From positions 160,001 through 224,000 of IMG/VR virus record IMGVR_UViG_3300028048_000040: a stretch of 64,000 bases of DNA; one strand, 5' to 3'. The DNA is from a virus. Its lineage: Duplodnaviria; Caudoviricetes. Shown piece by piece: positions 29,876 to 39,011 of this stretch (its first letter is position 1; every line of letters begins with the position of its first letter). The notes beneath the pieces are model-generated. The model was not told where the DNA came from, made no database searches, and worked only from the letters and a program-made list of their open reading frames with translations. The translations under genes and the position numbers were made by a program.

Positions 29876-30429
29876 AAAGTTCAGAATATATGAGAAAATT
29901 GGCTGACAATAGTGGTATTAAAGTAGATATAAATCTACTAACAAAAATACTATTTAGGGAAGCTGAAAAGAAAATAAAAGAAGCTGCAAAAAGAGGTGAT
30001 TATGAAATTTTATTGAACTTTAGAGGAATATTCTTAAAAGCAGAAGTTCCTAAGTATGCAACTAAAAAGAAATCTTATGTTCCTCTAATAGATCAATATG
30101 ATAAGTTGATAAAAAATCGTGTTAAACTTGGTAGATGGGTAAATGCATTAATAAGAGAATTCAACAGAGGTGGATATATAGTTGAGACTCTTTTATATGG
30201 TGAAGGCCCAGTTCCTTTTAGTAGAGATGATGAAAGTCCTGTTGACTTTGTTATTCCTGCTAGAACAAGCTTTTCTGGTCTTAGAATTAGATGGGACTTA
30301 CTTCTCAATCCTTCTTCAGACTTGAGTCGTAAATCAGATCAAGAGTTAGAAGAGATGATGAAAAATCCTATGCTAACCTCAAACCCATTTATTAAATCTT
30401 CACGTCCATTTGATGGGCCATCCTTTTAG
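29872..30429 (+). CDS. Hypothetical protein, paralog family A
   Basis: SSEYMRK...RGGYIV...LRIRWD. Confidence 0.7.
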   Translation: MKSSEYMRKLADNSGIKVDINLLTKILFREAEKKIKEAAKRGDYEILLNFRGIFLKAEVPKYATKKKSYVPLIDQYDKLIKNRVKLGRWVNALIREFNRGGYIVETLLYGEGPVPFSRDDESPVDFVIPARTSFSGLRIRWDLLLNPSSDLSRKSDQELEEMMKNPMLTSNPFIKSSRPFDGPSF

Positions 30430-30498
30430 ATTCTAAATCATAAACTACTATATTATAAGGTTTATAAACGCTATATATATTCTAAGGAGGATTTAACA

Positions 30499-30798
30499 AT
30501 GAACAAGAAAGAATTATCTAAGAAGGTTGCTGAGAAAGCCAATGTTACTGCTGCAGTTGCAGGGGAATGCGTTACTGCTACTTTTGATGTTATCAAAGAA
30601 ACAGTAGTAACTGGTGAGAAGGTAGATATTGCTGGTTTTGGTTCTTATGAAGCTAAAACTCGTGAAGCTCGTGTTGGTCGTAATCCATTGACTGGTGAAC
30701 AAATTCAGATTCCGGCATCTGTAGTTCCTTCCTTTAAAGCTTCTAAAACTTTCAAAGATTATTTGAAAGAAAATGGTAAAAATCTGTTAAAGAAATAA
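30499..30798 (+). CDS. hup: HU family DNA-binding protein
   Basis: MNKKEL...GFGSYE...ARVGRNPLTGEQIQIPA.VPSFKA. Confidence 0.95.
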   Translation: MNKKELSKKVAEKANVTAAVAGECVTATFDVIKETVVTGEKVDIAGFGSYEAKTREARVGRNPLTGEQIQIPASVVPSFKASKTFKDYLKENGKNLLKK

Positions 30799-30858
30799 AT
30801 ATTGCAGATCTAGAGAGGATTACTCCTCTCTAGATTTTTAAGTTAAAATAAGTTGGTG

Positions 30859-30963
30859 ATGATGAAAGACAAAAATTGTAGCAGTGGAGATAATAAGCTC
30901 TTCAAAATGATGATGATGATAAATCTTATGAATCAGAATAAGACAGAGACTAAAGATGAATAA
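30859..30963 (+). CDS. 34-aa Met-rich peptide MMKDKNCSSGDNKLFKMMMMINLMNQNKTETKDE
   Basis: Hand-translated; resembles the C-terminus of the next ORF. Confidence 0.4.
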   Translation: MMKDKNCSSGDNKLFKMMMMINLMNQNKTETKDE

Positions 30964-31174
30964 TGTTGATTATAATTCGAGTATTGATTCAACAAGATAT
31001 AGTCTTATGAGATCAGCTATTGGTTTTGATCAACTTGAAGGAAAACTTACATATCCAAATCTCCCTGAAGATGATGTATATAATCCAAGAATATATCCAA
31101 ATAAGAAAAAATCAAACAATAAGAAACTAAAGTTACTAATGCTTGCAATGATGATGAACAATCAAAACAAATAA
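30956..31174 (+). CDS. Hypothetical protein with Met-rich C-terminus
   Basis: Ends KLKLLMLAMMMNNQNK; terminator ~31180-31211. Confidence 0.55.
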   Translation: MNNVDYNSSIDSTRYSLMRSAIGFDQLEGKLTYPNLPEDDVYNPRIYPNKKKSNNKKLKLLMLAMMMNNQNK

Positions 31175-31250
31175 TCAATAGTCTAGGGATATTTCCCTAG
31201 ACTATTTTTTTATTTAAAGATATACTATATATTAGAAGGAGGAATGTAGA

Positions 31251-31538
31251 ATGTATGTAAGACCTTATGAAGCTCTAGAGAAACTTGGAAATGAATTGAT
31301 TTACATTGATGAATTGTCTGGAGAAAAAAGAACAGGAATTGTTGTGGGAAAGGAGAGAATAGGTGAGAGAGCTGTAATGGTATTAGTGGCTTCGCCATAT
31401 GATGATGAGAATAATAAAACGGAAGGGATGATTAGATATCGAGATATCATCATGTTTGATGATGTTCCTAATGATATTAATGGCTGGGGTAGAGATCCAG
31501 TATTAAAAGAGTATGGGAAATATATAGGAGTCGAATAA
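31251..31538 (+). CDS. Hypothetical early protein
   Basis: AGGAGG RBS, promoter 31219. Confidence 0.75.
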   Translation: MYVRPYEALEKLGNELIYIDELSGEKRTGIVVGKERIGERAVMVLVASPYDDENNKTEGMIRYRDIIMFDDVPNDINGWGRDPVLKEYGKYIGVE

Positions 31539-31539
31539 A

Positions 31540-32100
31540 ATGAATACTAAAAAAGAAGAGAAACAACGTTGGTATATGGTAAAAGAATCAATCTATTTAA
31601 AGAATGCTGAATACTACACTAATTGGAGATTATCATCCCTTATTAGATACCCACCAACTATTAATCTGGATGGAGCTATTGATACTTTTAAAGAGCTCTT
31701 AATGAAATATCTTATTACTTATATTCCTGATGGAAATATAAACCATAAAGAGATATCTGAACTGAGGATTATTTTAATCTACAATGAAACAGATTATTAT
31801 GGTACGCCAATTGCAAAATTCATTATCAAAGATTATAGGAACAATGGCGTTTTTAAAGTCAACTTAGATATTTTGCAATCTAAAACTAATAATCCTAATA
31901 GATTAAAAACTGGTGCTGTTGGATCTACTTTGCTCAGATCAAAATATGACTACTTTTCTGATCAGATAGAGGAGTTCTTAAATACTAAAATGGTATCTGA
32001 ATTCCTTGCTCCTAGAAGAAAGTTTATAAAAGAGGAAGATGGTAAAGGAGGGAAATCCTTTGTTCTATGTTCTACAAACAAAAACCTTTCAACTCATTAA
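31540..32100 (+). CDS. Hypothetical protein
   Basis: Operonic, AGGAG RBS. Confidence 0.7.
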   Translation: MNTKKEEKQRWYMVKESIYLKNAEYYTNWRLSSLIRYPPTINLDGAIDTFKELLMKYLITYIPDGNINHKEISELRIILIYNETDYYGTPIAKFIIKDYRNNGVFKVNLDILQSKTNNPNRLKTGAVGSTLLRSKYDYFSDQIEEFLNTKMVSEFLAPRRKFIKEEDGKGGKSFVLCSTNKNLSTH

Positions 32101-32488
32101 ACAAGAAGATGGTTCTTTTAAAGAAAATTTCTTGTGTGAAAATATTGATAGAAAGGTAAAATCCAAATCCCAGGTAGTTGAAGAGCTTAAAGAGGTTATC
32201 TCTAATGACTTATTTCTTAGTGAAAATGGTGGAGCATTCAATAAACTAAGTTTATTCTCTAATGCTAAAGATGGTTGTGTTACAGAAACTAAGTATTTTG
32301 TAGCAAGCATGGTATCTAGAAGAATAGATAGAGTTTATGTTAAGACAACATGGACTAAAGATCCTATTACTAGAAATAACTCTGATAACTGTCTTAGTAT
32401 AACTAGTAAAGATTACAAGAGCATCTATAAAGAACTCAAAAATTTTGTAAAAAATATTAAGGTAGGTGAACACTTTTGTATTATGTAG
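32039..32488 (+). CDS. Hypothetical protein, start uncertain
   Basis: Operonic ORF. Confidence 0.65.
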   Translation: MVKEGNPLFYVLQTKTFQLIKQEDGSFKENFLCENIDRKVKSKSQVVEELKEVISNDLFLSENGGAFNKLSLFSNAKDGCVTETKYFVASMVSRRIDRVYVKTTWTKDPITRNNSDNCLSITSKDYKSIYKELKNFVKNIKVGEHFCIM

Positions 32489-32760
32489 TGAATAGTAAGT
32501 ATATTGATGGAAAGTCTGTCTATGATATCCTCTATGAAGCTGCTACTATAAGAGACGCTTACGATTTTCTATATAATAATGGATATAAGCCTAACATTCA
32601 AAGTGAATATAAAACACCCCATTATCATAATGGGGTGTTTAATAATGTTTCAATATGGAAAGAATCAGATTTAGAACAGATTCTAATAGACTATGTAAAT
32701 TTTATTATCAATCAAAAGGAGGAATATCTTGGATATGAAATTAACAGATTTGAAGAATGA
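32476..32760 (+). CDS. Hypothetical protein
   Basis: Operonic, TTG start. Confidence 0.6.
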   Translation: MYYVVNSKYIDGKSVYDILYEAATIRDAYDFLYNNGYKPNIQSEYKTPHYHNGVFNNVSIWKESDLEQILIDYVNFIINQKEEYLGYEINRFEE

Positions 32761-33199
32761 AGAGATTCCTATGGCCGATGGAGAATGGGTTCAAGTTAAA
32801 TATGATGAAGTCCAGATAGTGCTTAACCAATACATCTACATGACTTTACCAAAAGACTTAATAGAATTATATATGGATTATAAATCTCTAAGATGGTTAA
32901 TAAAGATGCCTGAAGAGAAGTGGTCTAGAATGTGTATAGAAAAACATATTGGAGGCTCTAATCCAAATATGTTAAGATGGCAATATGAATGTTATGTTAA
33001 AGACGAAGTTCGTTATAATAAGAACTGGTGTTTTGGTATTTTGCTTAAAGATGATTCAATCGAAGGAGGACATCTTCTTTGTGCTCTTAAAGCAATCAAT
33101 AAAGTTGATTTTATTGGATTTGCTACATTCTTAATTGATCAAGCAAAATCACTCAGTTCTAAAAAGGAGGAGAAAATATTTGAATTACTTAAAATTTGA
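32729..33199 (+). CDS. Hypothetical protein
   Basis: AGGAGG RBS nearby. Confidence 0.7.
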   Translation: MDMKLTDLKNEEIPMADGEWVQVKYDEVQIVLNQYIYMTLPKDLIELYMDYKSLRWLIKMPEEKWSRMCIEKHIGGSNPNMLRWQYECYVKDEVRYNKNWCFGILLKDDSIEGGHLLCALKAINKVDFIGFATFLIDQAKSLSSKKEEKIFELLKI

Positions 33200-33638
33200 A
33201 GATGAAGAAGAAAAATCCCAAGATATCCATACATATAAAGAGTGGATTCTTCTATCTCAAACTGGAGTTACTTGGTATGGGTTTAATTCTAATAGAGAAA
33301 TTCATATACCTGAATGCGAGTTATACTGCAACGTAAATGGTCAAAATATAACTATTGTAGCTCCTATTAATGATAAGAAAGACCCATTTGATTGTTGGTT
33401 TAGAGGAACTATAAGAGAAAGATTTGTAGAACCTGGAGCAGATAATCTTTCTGAAATGAAAGAATGGTTTGAAGAATACTCTGCTCCACATACTATTGCT
33501 ATTGGATTTGAGCAATGGTTGCCAGATCAAAAAGTATTAACCCCTACATATTACGCTATTAAAATGGATACAGCAGATATGTATGATAAGTGGTTGGAAT
33601 ACATGATACTTCAAAGTTTAAATCAAAAAGATTTATAA
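33135..33638 (+). CDS. Hypothetical protein, start probably ~33180
   Basis: AGGAGG at ~33165. Confidence 0.65.
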   Translation: MIKQNHSVLKRRRKYLNYLKFEDEEEKSQDIHTYKEWILLSQTGVTWYGFNSNREIHIPECELYCNVNGQNITIVAPINDKKDPFDCWFRGTIRERFVEPGADNLSEMKEWFEEYSAPHTIAIGFEQWLPDQKVLTPTYYAIKMDTADMYDKWLEYMILQSLNQKDL

Positions 33639-33651
33639 GGAGAAATGCAAA

Positions 33652-34389
33652 ATGAAAAAAAGAGTAATCCTTTCTGGAGTGAATGAAGTAAAGATATTAT
33701 CTGATGACGTAACAAATGAAATAATTGAAGATTATCAGCAGTCTATGAATTTTATACATAATTCATATTTTGATGTTAGAGAAGTAGAAGTACTTGACTC
33801 GAAGGCTATTTTAGAATTTAATGCCAGTCCTATAAGCAAAGAAGCTTATGCTCCATTTATACGACATGGGTGCATTCCAGTAGTAGAAGTAAAAATACCA
33901 GAACTGGATAAGCTTGAATGGGGTAAGGATGATATTAAAATAAAAAATCCAAAAACTCATCTTACTTTCTATAAGAAAGATGAGTTTAACAATAATAATC
34001 AGTTGTCAACTAATATTGCTTATCTTCCAGATTTCGATAAACGAATAATTGATAGTGCTGGTGTTGTAAACTTCTTCCATGTTTATGAAAATCACTATAT
34101 TAGAGTAATATCAGATGCTTATAGAGGAGATTTTGGAACAAGGTTTGATCATCAAGTTACTATTCTAGATACATATGAATCTCTTGATTATATGGATCAA
34201 AGATTTGGATATGTATATAATTGCATGAATTATTATAAAGCCAATGTTAAACATCTTAGAGAGCATCTTAACGATTCATTGTATAAAAAAGTTGTAGATG
34301 AAAAGATTCCTTTAATAGAAGATAGTTTAAACAAAGATGAGAACTTTGACTTTAAGACTTTGAACGAATCTGATAAATTTTGGAATTAA
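33652..34389 (+). CDS. Hypothetical protein
   Basis: AAGGAG RBS. Confidence 0.75.
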   Translation: MKKRVILSGVNEVKILSDDVTNEIIEDYQQSMNFIHNSYFDVREVEVLDSKAILEFNASPISKEAYAPFIRHGCIPVVEVKIPELDKLEWGKDDIKIKNPKTHLTFYKKDEFNNNNQLSTNIAYLPDFDKRIIDSAGVVNFFHVYENHYIRVISDAYRGDFGTRFDHQVTILDTYESLDYMDQRFGYVYNCMNYYKANVKHLREHLNDSLYKKVVDEKIPLIEDSLNKDENFDFKTLNESDKFWN

Positions 34390-34403
34390 GGAGAGAATGT
34401 AAA

Positions 34404-35132
34404 ATGGAAAACAAAACTAAGTTCATTGTGGCAGATGAGTATTATTATGATGAAGGAGGCTCTGACCAATTCCCAATCTTTGATTGTGAAGAAGATGCTA
34501 GAAAATTTGAAGAGCTTCAAATAATCTATGAAGATGATGTATGTTATAATCCAGCTACAAATTTCAGATTTACAAAAGAACAAAGATCAGTTGTTGCTGA
34601 AATAGATACTATACCTGCAGGTCATCAACCTCCTATATTCGAACAAGAATTTCATATAGCTGAAAGATTTGATAATGTAGGATATTTTAAAACGTTCCAA
34701 ATAACTGATAATAATGGGGATATAAAATTCTTCACTAATGTAAATTGTTATATCTCTAGTATTAACAATATGAAAGATTTAAAAATTGGTTCTGTTAATA
34801 AATCAGAATATTCTATTGATGGTATTAATTTCAATAAAACTATTAAACTGGATAATGATGATGTTCTTTCCTATAGTGATTATGCAACTTTAAATGTATC
34901 TTCTAATCCAGTACTTGGAAAAGTTATTAACATAGCTATATTTAGACTATATGATAGATATCATTTTGAAACTAGTCATAGTGGATGGACTAAAGTACAA
35001 GTAGCTGATGAGTGTAAGAAAGTTACTGATGCTTTTGAATCTAAATATAAAAAGAATATATCTACTTATGCAGGAAAGTTTAGCAAAGATCTTGATATGA
35101 TACAAGATGCAATTAACAGTATTTTGAAGTGA
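34404..35132 (+). CDS. Hypothetical protein
   Basis: AAGGAG RBS before ATG 34404 (MENKTK). Confidence 0.75.
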   Translation: MENKTKFIVADEYYYDEGGSDQFPIFDCEEDARKFEELQIIYEDDVCYNPATNFRFTKEQRSVVAEIDTIPAGHQPPIFEQEFHIAERFDNVGYFKTFQITDNNGDIKFFTNVNCYISSINNMKDLKIGSVNKSEYSIDGINFNKTIKLDNDDVLSYSDYATLNVSSNPVLGKVINIAIFRLYDRYHFETSHSGWTKVQVADECKKVTDAFESKYKKNISTYAGKFSKDLDMIQDAINSILK

Positions 35133-35193
35133 GTATATTTGGAAAGGTGAGTATTCTCTCTCACCTTTCTTTTTTATAAGGAGGATAAAGATT

Positions 35194-35664
35194 ATGATAT
35201 TAGTATATTCTATTCCTATAGTGATAACTCCAGTAAACTATTCTTTTAGTAAAGAAGGGTTTAAACACAATGAAGTATATTGTTCTATGTTAACCAAAGA
35301 ATATGAACAAGTAGTTCCAAATCTTAAAAATATTGGTGTTGATGAAACTAATTATCTAACAGATCCTGATAGATTAGTGGGTACTAGAATATTTTCAGAT
35401 CTTGATATTCATGGAGATATATTTGATTATAGTATGAAAGATAGTATTACTATCTATAAATTCCCTGAAAATACTTCTATATCTTCTACATGGTTATATT
35501 TAGTTCCACAGAAAGATGAAGTAACTGATGAAGAGATAGAAACAGAAATAGATAAAGTATATAACGACATTCTTAATGATGGTCCTATTGATAATGCTAT
35601 AATTGAAAATCATCTTAAATACTTAGAATCTCTAGTTATATCAGCTAATAACAAGTTTAACTAA
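35194..35664 (+). CDS. Hypothetical protein
   Basis: AGGAGG RBS. Confidence 0.7.
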   Translation: MILVYSIPIVITPVNYSFSKEGFKHNEVYCSMLTKEYEQVVPNLKNIGVDETNYLTDPDRLVGTRIFSDLDIHGDIFDYSMKDSITIYKFPENTSISSTWLYLVPQKDEVTDEEIETEIDKVYNDILNDGPIDNAIIENHLKYLESLVISANNKFN

Positions 35665-35748
35665 TATAATTCCCTAGAACATATGTTCTAGGAAATTTAC
35701 TTGACTTTTTAGTAAGAATAATATTTATTTAAAGGAGGTTAATATAAA

Positions 35749-36369
35749 ATGCCTGATACTAGAAAAGGATACAAAGTTCCTGCTACTGTTATTGCAGGTC
35801 ATGAATCTTTCCCTGTAGCTGATTCTAATGATGTTGCAGGAAATATTATGTTTTTTGATTCTCCAGATAAGCTTACTACTATTCCTGTAGCTAAACGTAA
35901 ATTAGGTATGTTTGCTTATATTTATAATGAGGGAAGACATTACAAGCTTGTTAATAATAAAGCTGTGTTAGATGCTTCTTGTTGGGAACCATATGAATTA
36001 GTTAGTAAAGAATATGTCGATAATGCTGTTGCTAATGCTGGTGGTAGTGGTGGAACATCTACCCCAGTTGATGCATATACTAAAGCAGAATCTGATAATA
36101 AATATGCCCTTAAAACAGATATTCCTACCGTTCCTGATATTTCTGATTTGGAAACTACTCAGCATGCTGAAGATACTTATGCTAAGAAAACAGATTTAGA
36201 AGCATTAGAAGGTGTTGTTCCAAAAATTATCAATAATGTATTTGATATCCCTGAGGGTTCTTCTAATGATCCTCTTGTTCTTGAATTTGAAATCCCTAAT
36301 GGAACAGTTGGAATTAATGTATTTGCTATTGCCGAAGTTGAAAAAGAATCTTCTGGTGGTGGAGAATAA
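35749..36369 (+). CDS. Putative virion fibre or decoration protein
   Basis: Late promoter 35703; YVDNAV, Gly linker, AYTKAESDNKYALKTD and DTYAKKTD fibre-type repeats. Confidence 0.55.
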   Translation: MPDTRKGYKVPATVIAGHESFPVADSNDVAGNIMFFDSPDKLTTIPVAKRKLGMFAYIYNEGRHYKLVNNKAVLDASCWEPYELVSKEYVDNAVANAGGSGGTSTPVDAYTKAESDNKYALKTDIPTVPDISDLETTQHAEDTYAKKTDLEALEGVVPKIINNVFDIPEGSSNDPLVLEFEIPNGTVGINVFAIAEVEKESSGGGE

Positions 36370-36454
36370 CCAAATGAGCATATATCCAGAAAATATTGAA
36401 GAGCTTTCTATTGGCACTATTCAATATATTTCTTTATATTAAGGAGATGATATT

Positions 36455-36910
36455 GTGTCTGAATATAAAAATATAGATCAAAAATATATTTCTTCTGAAA
36501 TTGTTTTTGATGGATCAAAAACAACTATAAAAATTACTATTGATAAAGAAGCAATTTCAGAAAATGCTAAAAGGGTGCATATATCATATATGTATGTTAA
36601 CGAAAAATCTGCAGATCAACCAAAACCTGGAACTGTACAATCAGTAGGAACTGATATTGTTATTGATGAAAATACCCAATTTCCTATAACTGGAGAATTT
36701 GAAATAGATGGTGCTCCTCAGTCAGTAGAAGGCACCATAAAGAAAATGGTAACCTATAGAATTGCCCAGGCATCTATATATGACATTGGATTTGATGGTA
36801 CTTCTATTAGTAGTGATGCAGTAACAAATGATGCTCAAGCAGAATTCCTTGCTTTTAATGATTGGAATTCTCCTGGTGGTATAGCTATTAAAGGATCTCA
36901 TTATGAATGA
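36455..36910 (+). CDS. Hypothetical protein in a late operon
   Basis: AAGGAG RBS, GTG start. Confidence 0.65.
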   Translation: MSEYKNIDQKYISSEIVFDGSKTTIKITIDKEAISENAKRVHISYMYVNEKSADQPKPGTVQSVGTDIVIDENTQFPITGEFEIDGAPQSVEGTIKKMVTYRIAQASIYDIGFDGTSISSDAVTNDAQAEFLAFNDWNSPGGIAIKGSHYE

Positions 36911-36927
36911 AATGAAAGGAGTACAAA

Positions 36928-37935
36928 ATGAAACATTTTAGTTTTCAACTTGTTGATCTTGGACGTATTCTTACTAACATAGATAAAGCAAGATATCTAG
37001 ATACACATTCTGACAGAACACCAGCTGGTGAAGTAGATAATGATGATCCAGAATTTTTGTTAAATAGAATTTCTTCTAATTTTGATATTGGTGCCATACT
37101 TAATGATGGTTGTATGATAGGTTTTTTTTATGGGGTATCTGAAACAATAAAAGATAGATTATTAGGTTATAAAGAAGCTAGAGAGCAAGAAAAAATAAAT
37201 GGAACTAATATATTAGAAGAATTTGACAATTTTGAATTTGGACATGTTTTGGCTGATCAAGGTATACATTTAATAGGAGTAGGAGGACCAAATAGAACTC
37301 CTACTTTATTTACAATACCTTATGAAAATAATTATTTTATATATAAAGGCTTTTCTACGCAATTAGATGATATAAATTCAGAAGATGGCATTTTTGGTGA
37401 AATAAAAACAGCTAAATATGTTGATGAAACTTTAGGTGTTATACAAAAAAGCAATATGTCAGAAGATGACAAAGCGCATGTATTAACGCTAATTAGTTAT
37501 CTATTTTCGTCTTTACAATTAGATACAAGCAAACTTGATTATGCATATACTAGTTGGATAGGAATTGCCGATGTTTTTCTCGATAAAATTGGATATGCAT
37601 ATCCCAATGAACTACAAAATGAAGATCTGATTAAATGCTTAAAACAAGCAAGAGCACTCGAAGGGTACAACACTCCAGCAGGAGAATTCAATTATCCTAA
37701 TTTTACTATTTGGGCACTCCTTGTTTCAGTTGGTGAAGAAGGAGTAGATGATGATTGTTGCTTAGAAAGTATAACTATTGGAGATCATGTAACTTATGAA
37801 ACCGAGGTAAGTTATCCAATAGAAAATGTGCAAGTTGAAATAACTCCTCTTCCTAGAAATAGATGTAAAGTAAATTATACTATTACAGCAAATCCAGGAA
37901 ATAATGGAAAATTAGAATTTAAAGTAACTTATTAA
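36928..37935 (+). CDS. Hypothetical protein in a late operon
   Basis: AAGGAG RBS; terminator 37945-37972. Confidence 0.7.
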   Translation: MKHFSFQLVDLGRILTNIDKARYLDTHSDRTPAGEVDNDDPEFLLNRISSNFDIGAILNDGCMIGFFYGVSETIKDRLLGYKEAREQEKINGTNILEEFDNFEFGHVLADQGIHLIGVGGPNRTPTLFTIPYENNYFIYKGFSTQLDDINSEDGIFGEIKTAKYVDETLGVIQKSNMSEDDKAHVLTLISYLFSSLQLDTSKLDYAYTSWIGIADVFLDKIGYAYPNELQNEDLIKCLKQARALEGYNTPAGEFNYPNFTIWALLVSVGEEGVDDDCCLESITIGDHVTYETEVSYPIENVQVEITPLPRNRCKVNYTITANPGNNGKLEFKVTY

Positions 37936-37939
37936 ACAA

Positions 37940-38211
37940 CAAACTCACCCTAGGGATTTTTCCCTAGGGTGATTGTTATGAAGAAATTCAGGAATCGGGT
38001 TGGACGATAATCAACCCAAAGAAATACTTGTTAAGGGACTCGAACCCCTAATCAAGCAAAGCATCCTTATTTAAAAGTACTATAAGGATTAGATTCTTAT
38101 AAAGAATGTGTTACGGGTCATTCTTATAAGAAGATTTTTGTTTTGTTTTTTCTGAAGCGTTCTGACCACACCGTACCATCTGGTGCCAACAAAGATGGTA
38201 TGGTCTTGGTT
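37940..38211 (-). ncRNA. Candidate ~270-nt multi-hairpin ncRNA with a tRNA T-loop hairpin
   Basis: Promoter CACA-TAGATA-TA (38222-38211), five hairpins, terminal CCCTAGGG hairpin. Confidence 0.55.
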
Positions 38212-38226
38212 ATATCTATGTGCAAG

Positions 38227-38311
38227 AAATAATATATCACTAGGGACCTCCATCCCTAGTGATATATTTATTGTTTTGCCCAAAAACAATACGAGCAGTC
38301 AACTGACTCTT
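38227..38311 (-). ncRNA. Candidate ~85-nt sRNA
   Basis: Promoter AACT-ATATAA-TA (38322-38311), two small hairpins, terminator 38231-38268. Confidence 0.45.
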
Positions 38312-38329
38312 ATTATATAGTTATGACAA

Positions 38330-38436
38330 AAATTACCCACTACAGGTGGCAGCCTGTAGTGGATTGTTCAAGGGGAATACTTAAACAATAAATTTTAAGA
38401 GGAATGTAAAATGAAAAACAAAAAAGCACTCGACCT
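38330..38436 (-). ncRNA. Candidate ~105-nt anti-RBS sRNA
   Basis: Promoter GACA-ATATAG-TA (38447-38436), UUUUUCAUUUUACAUUCCUC tract, terminator 38337-38362. Confidence 0.55.
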
Positions 38437-38540
38437 ACTATATTGTCTATAGCTATTTAAAAATAAACAAACCCTTTAGTAACTTATAATACATTTATAT
38501 ACTATCTATATGGAGTCTATTAAGAAAGAAGAGTGATAGT

Positions 38541-39011
38541 ATGAACATTGACAGACCATCCATTGTATTCAATGGATACTTCAAAGGAACTATTTCAAAA
38601 GAAGCAGAACTACGAACTTATACTTCTCTTACTGATAATGCTGCTTTATCAGTATTGGAAAATGAAGATTCTATTTATTATCATAATAAGAACTTATCTA
38701 AAAAAGAGATAAGATATATGGATAATGTGATTATGTCTAGGTATGTTATAAGAAATTTGAATCCAGATGATAGTATTACTTTTGTTACTGTGAATTGCAG
38801 TAGAACTGGTAAAGAAGAAATAGAGCATCATTATACCTATTCAGTATCTATAATAGTGGTTAAATTTGATAATCCTTCAAAATATAGATATAAACCAGCT
38901 AAGATTAAGAAGATATGTTTAGATTGTATTATGGAAGAATACAAAAAGTATAAGTCGCAAATCAATACTTTAAGAGATAATGGTTTTGATATGTTGAAAA
39001 AGGAGAAATGA
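38541..39011 (+). CDS. Hypothetical early protein
   Basis: Promoter 38496. Confidence 0.7.
   Translation: MNIDRPSIVFNGYFKGTISKEAELRTYTSLTDNAALSVLENEDSIYYHNKNLSKKEIRYMDNVIMSRYVIRNLNPDDSITFVTVNCSRTGKEEIEHHYTYSVSIIVVKFDNPSKYRYKPAKIKKICLDCIMEEYKKYKSQINTLRDNGFDMLKKEK

Noticed and set aside
36212-36442. Programmed frameshift extension of the 35749 fibre-like gene
   Set aside because: No convincing slippery site near the stop, and the extension is short.
38025-38110. Full tRNA gene suggested by GGTTCGAGTCC on the - strand
   Set aside because: No D or anticodon arms; it folds as one hairpin. Kept only as a minihelix-like finding.
38089-38289. 66-aa minus-strand ORF from the track
   Set aside because: No RBS and it crosses a strong terminator hairpin; better explained as ncRNA cassettes.
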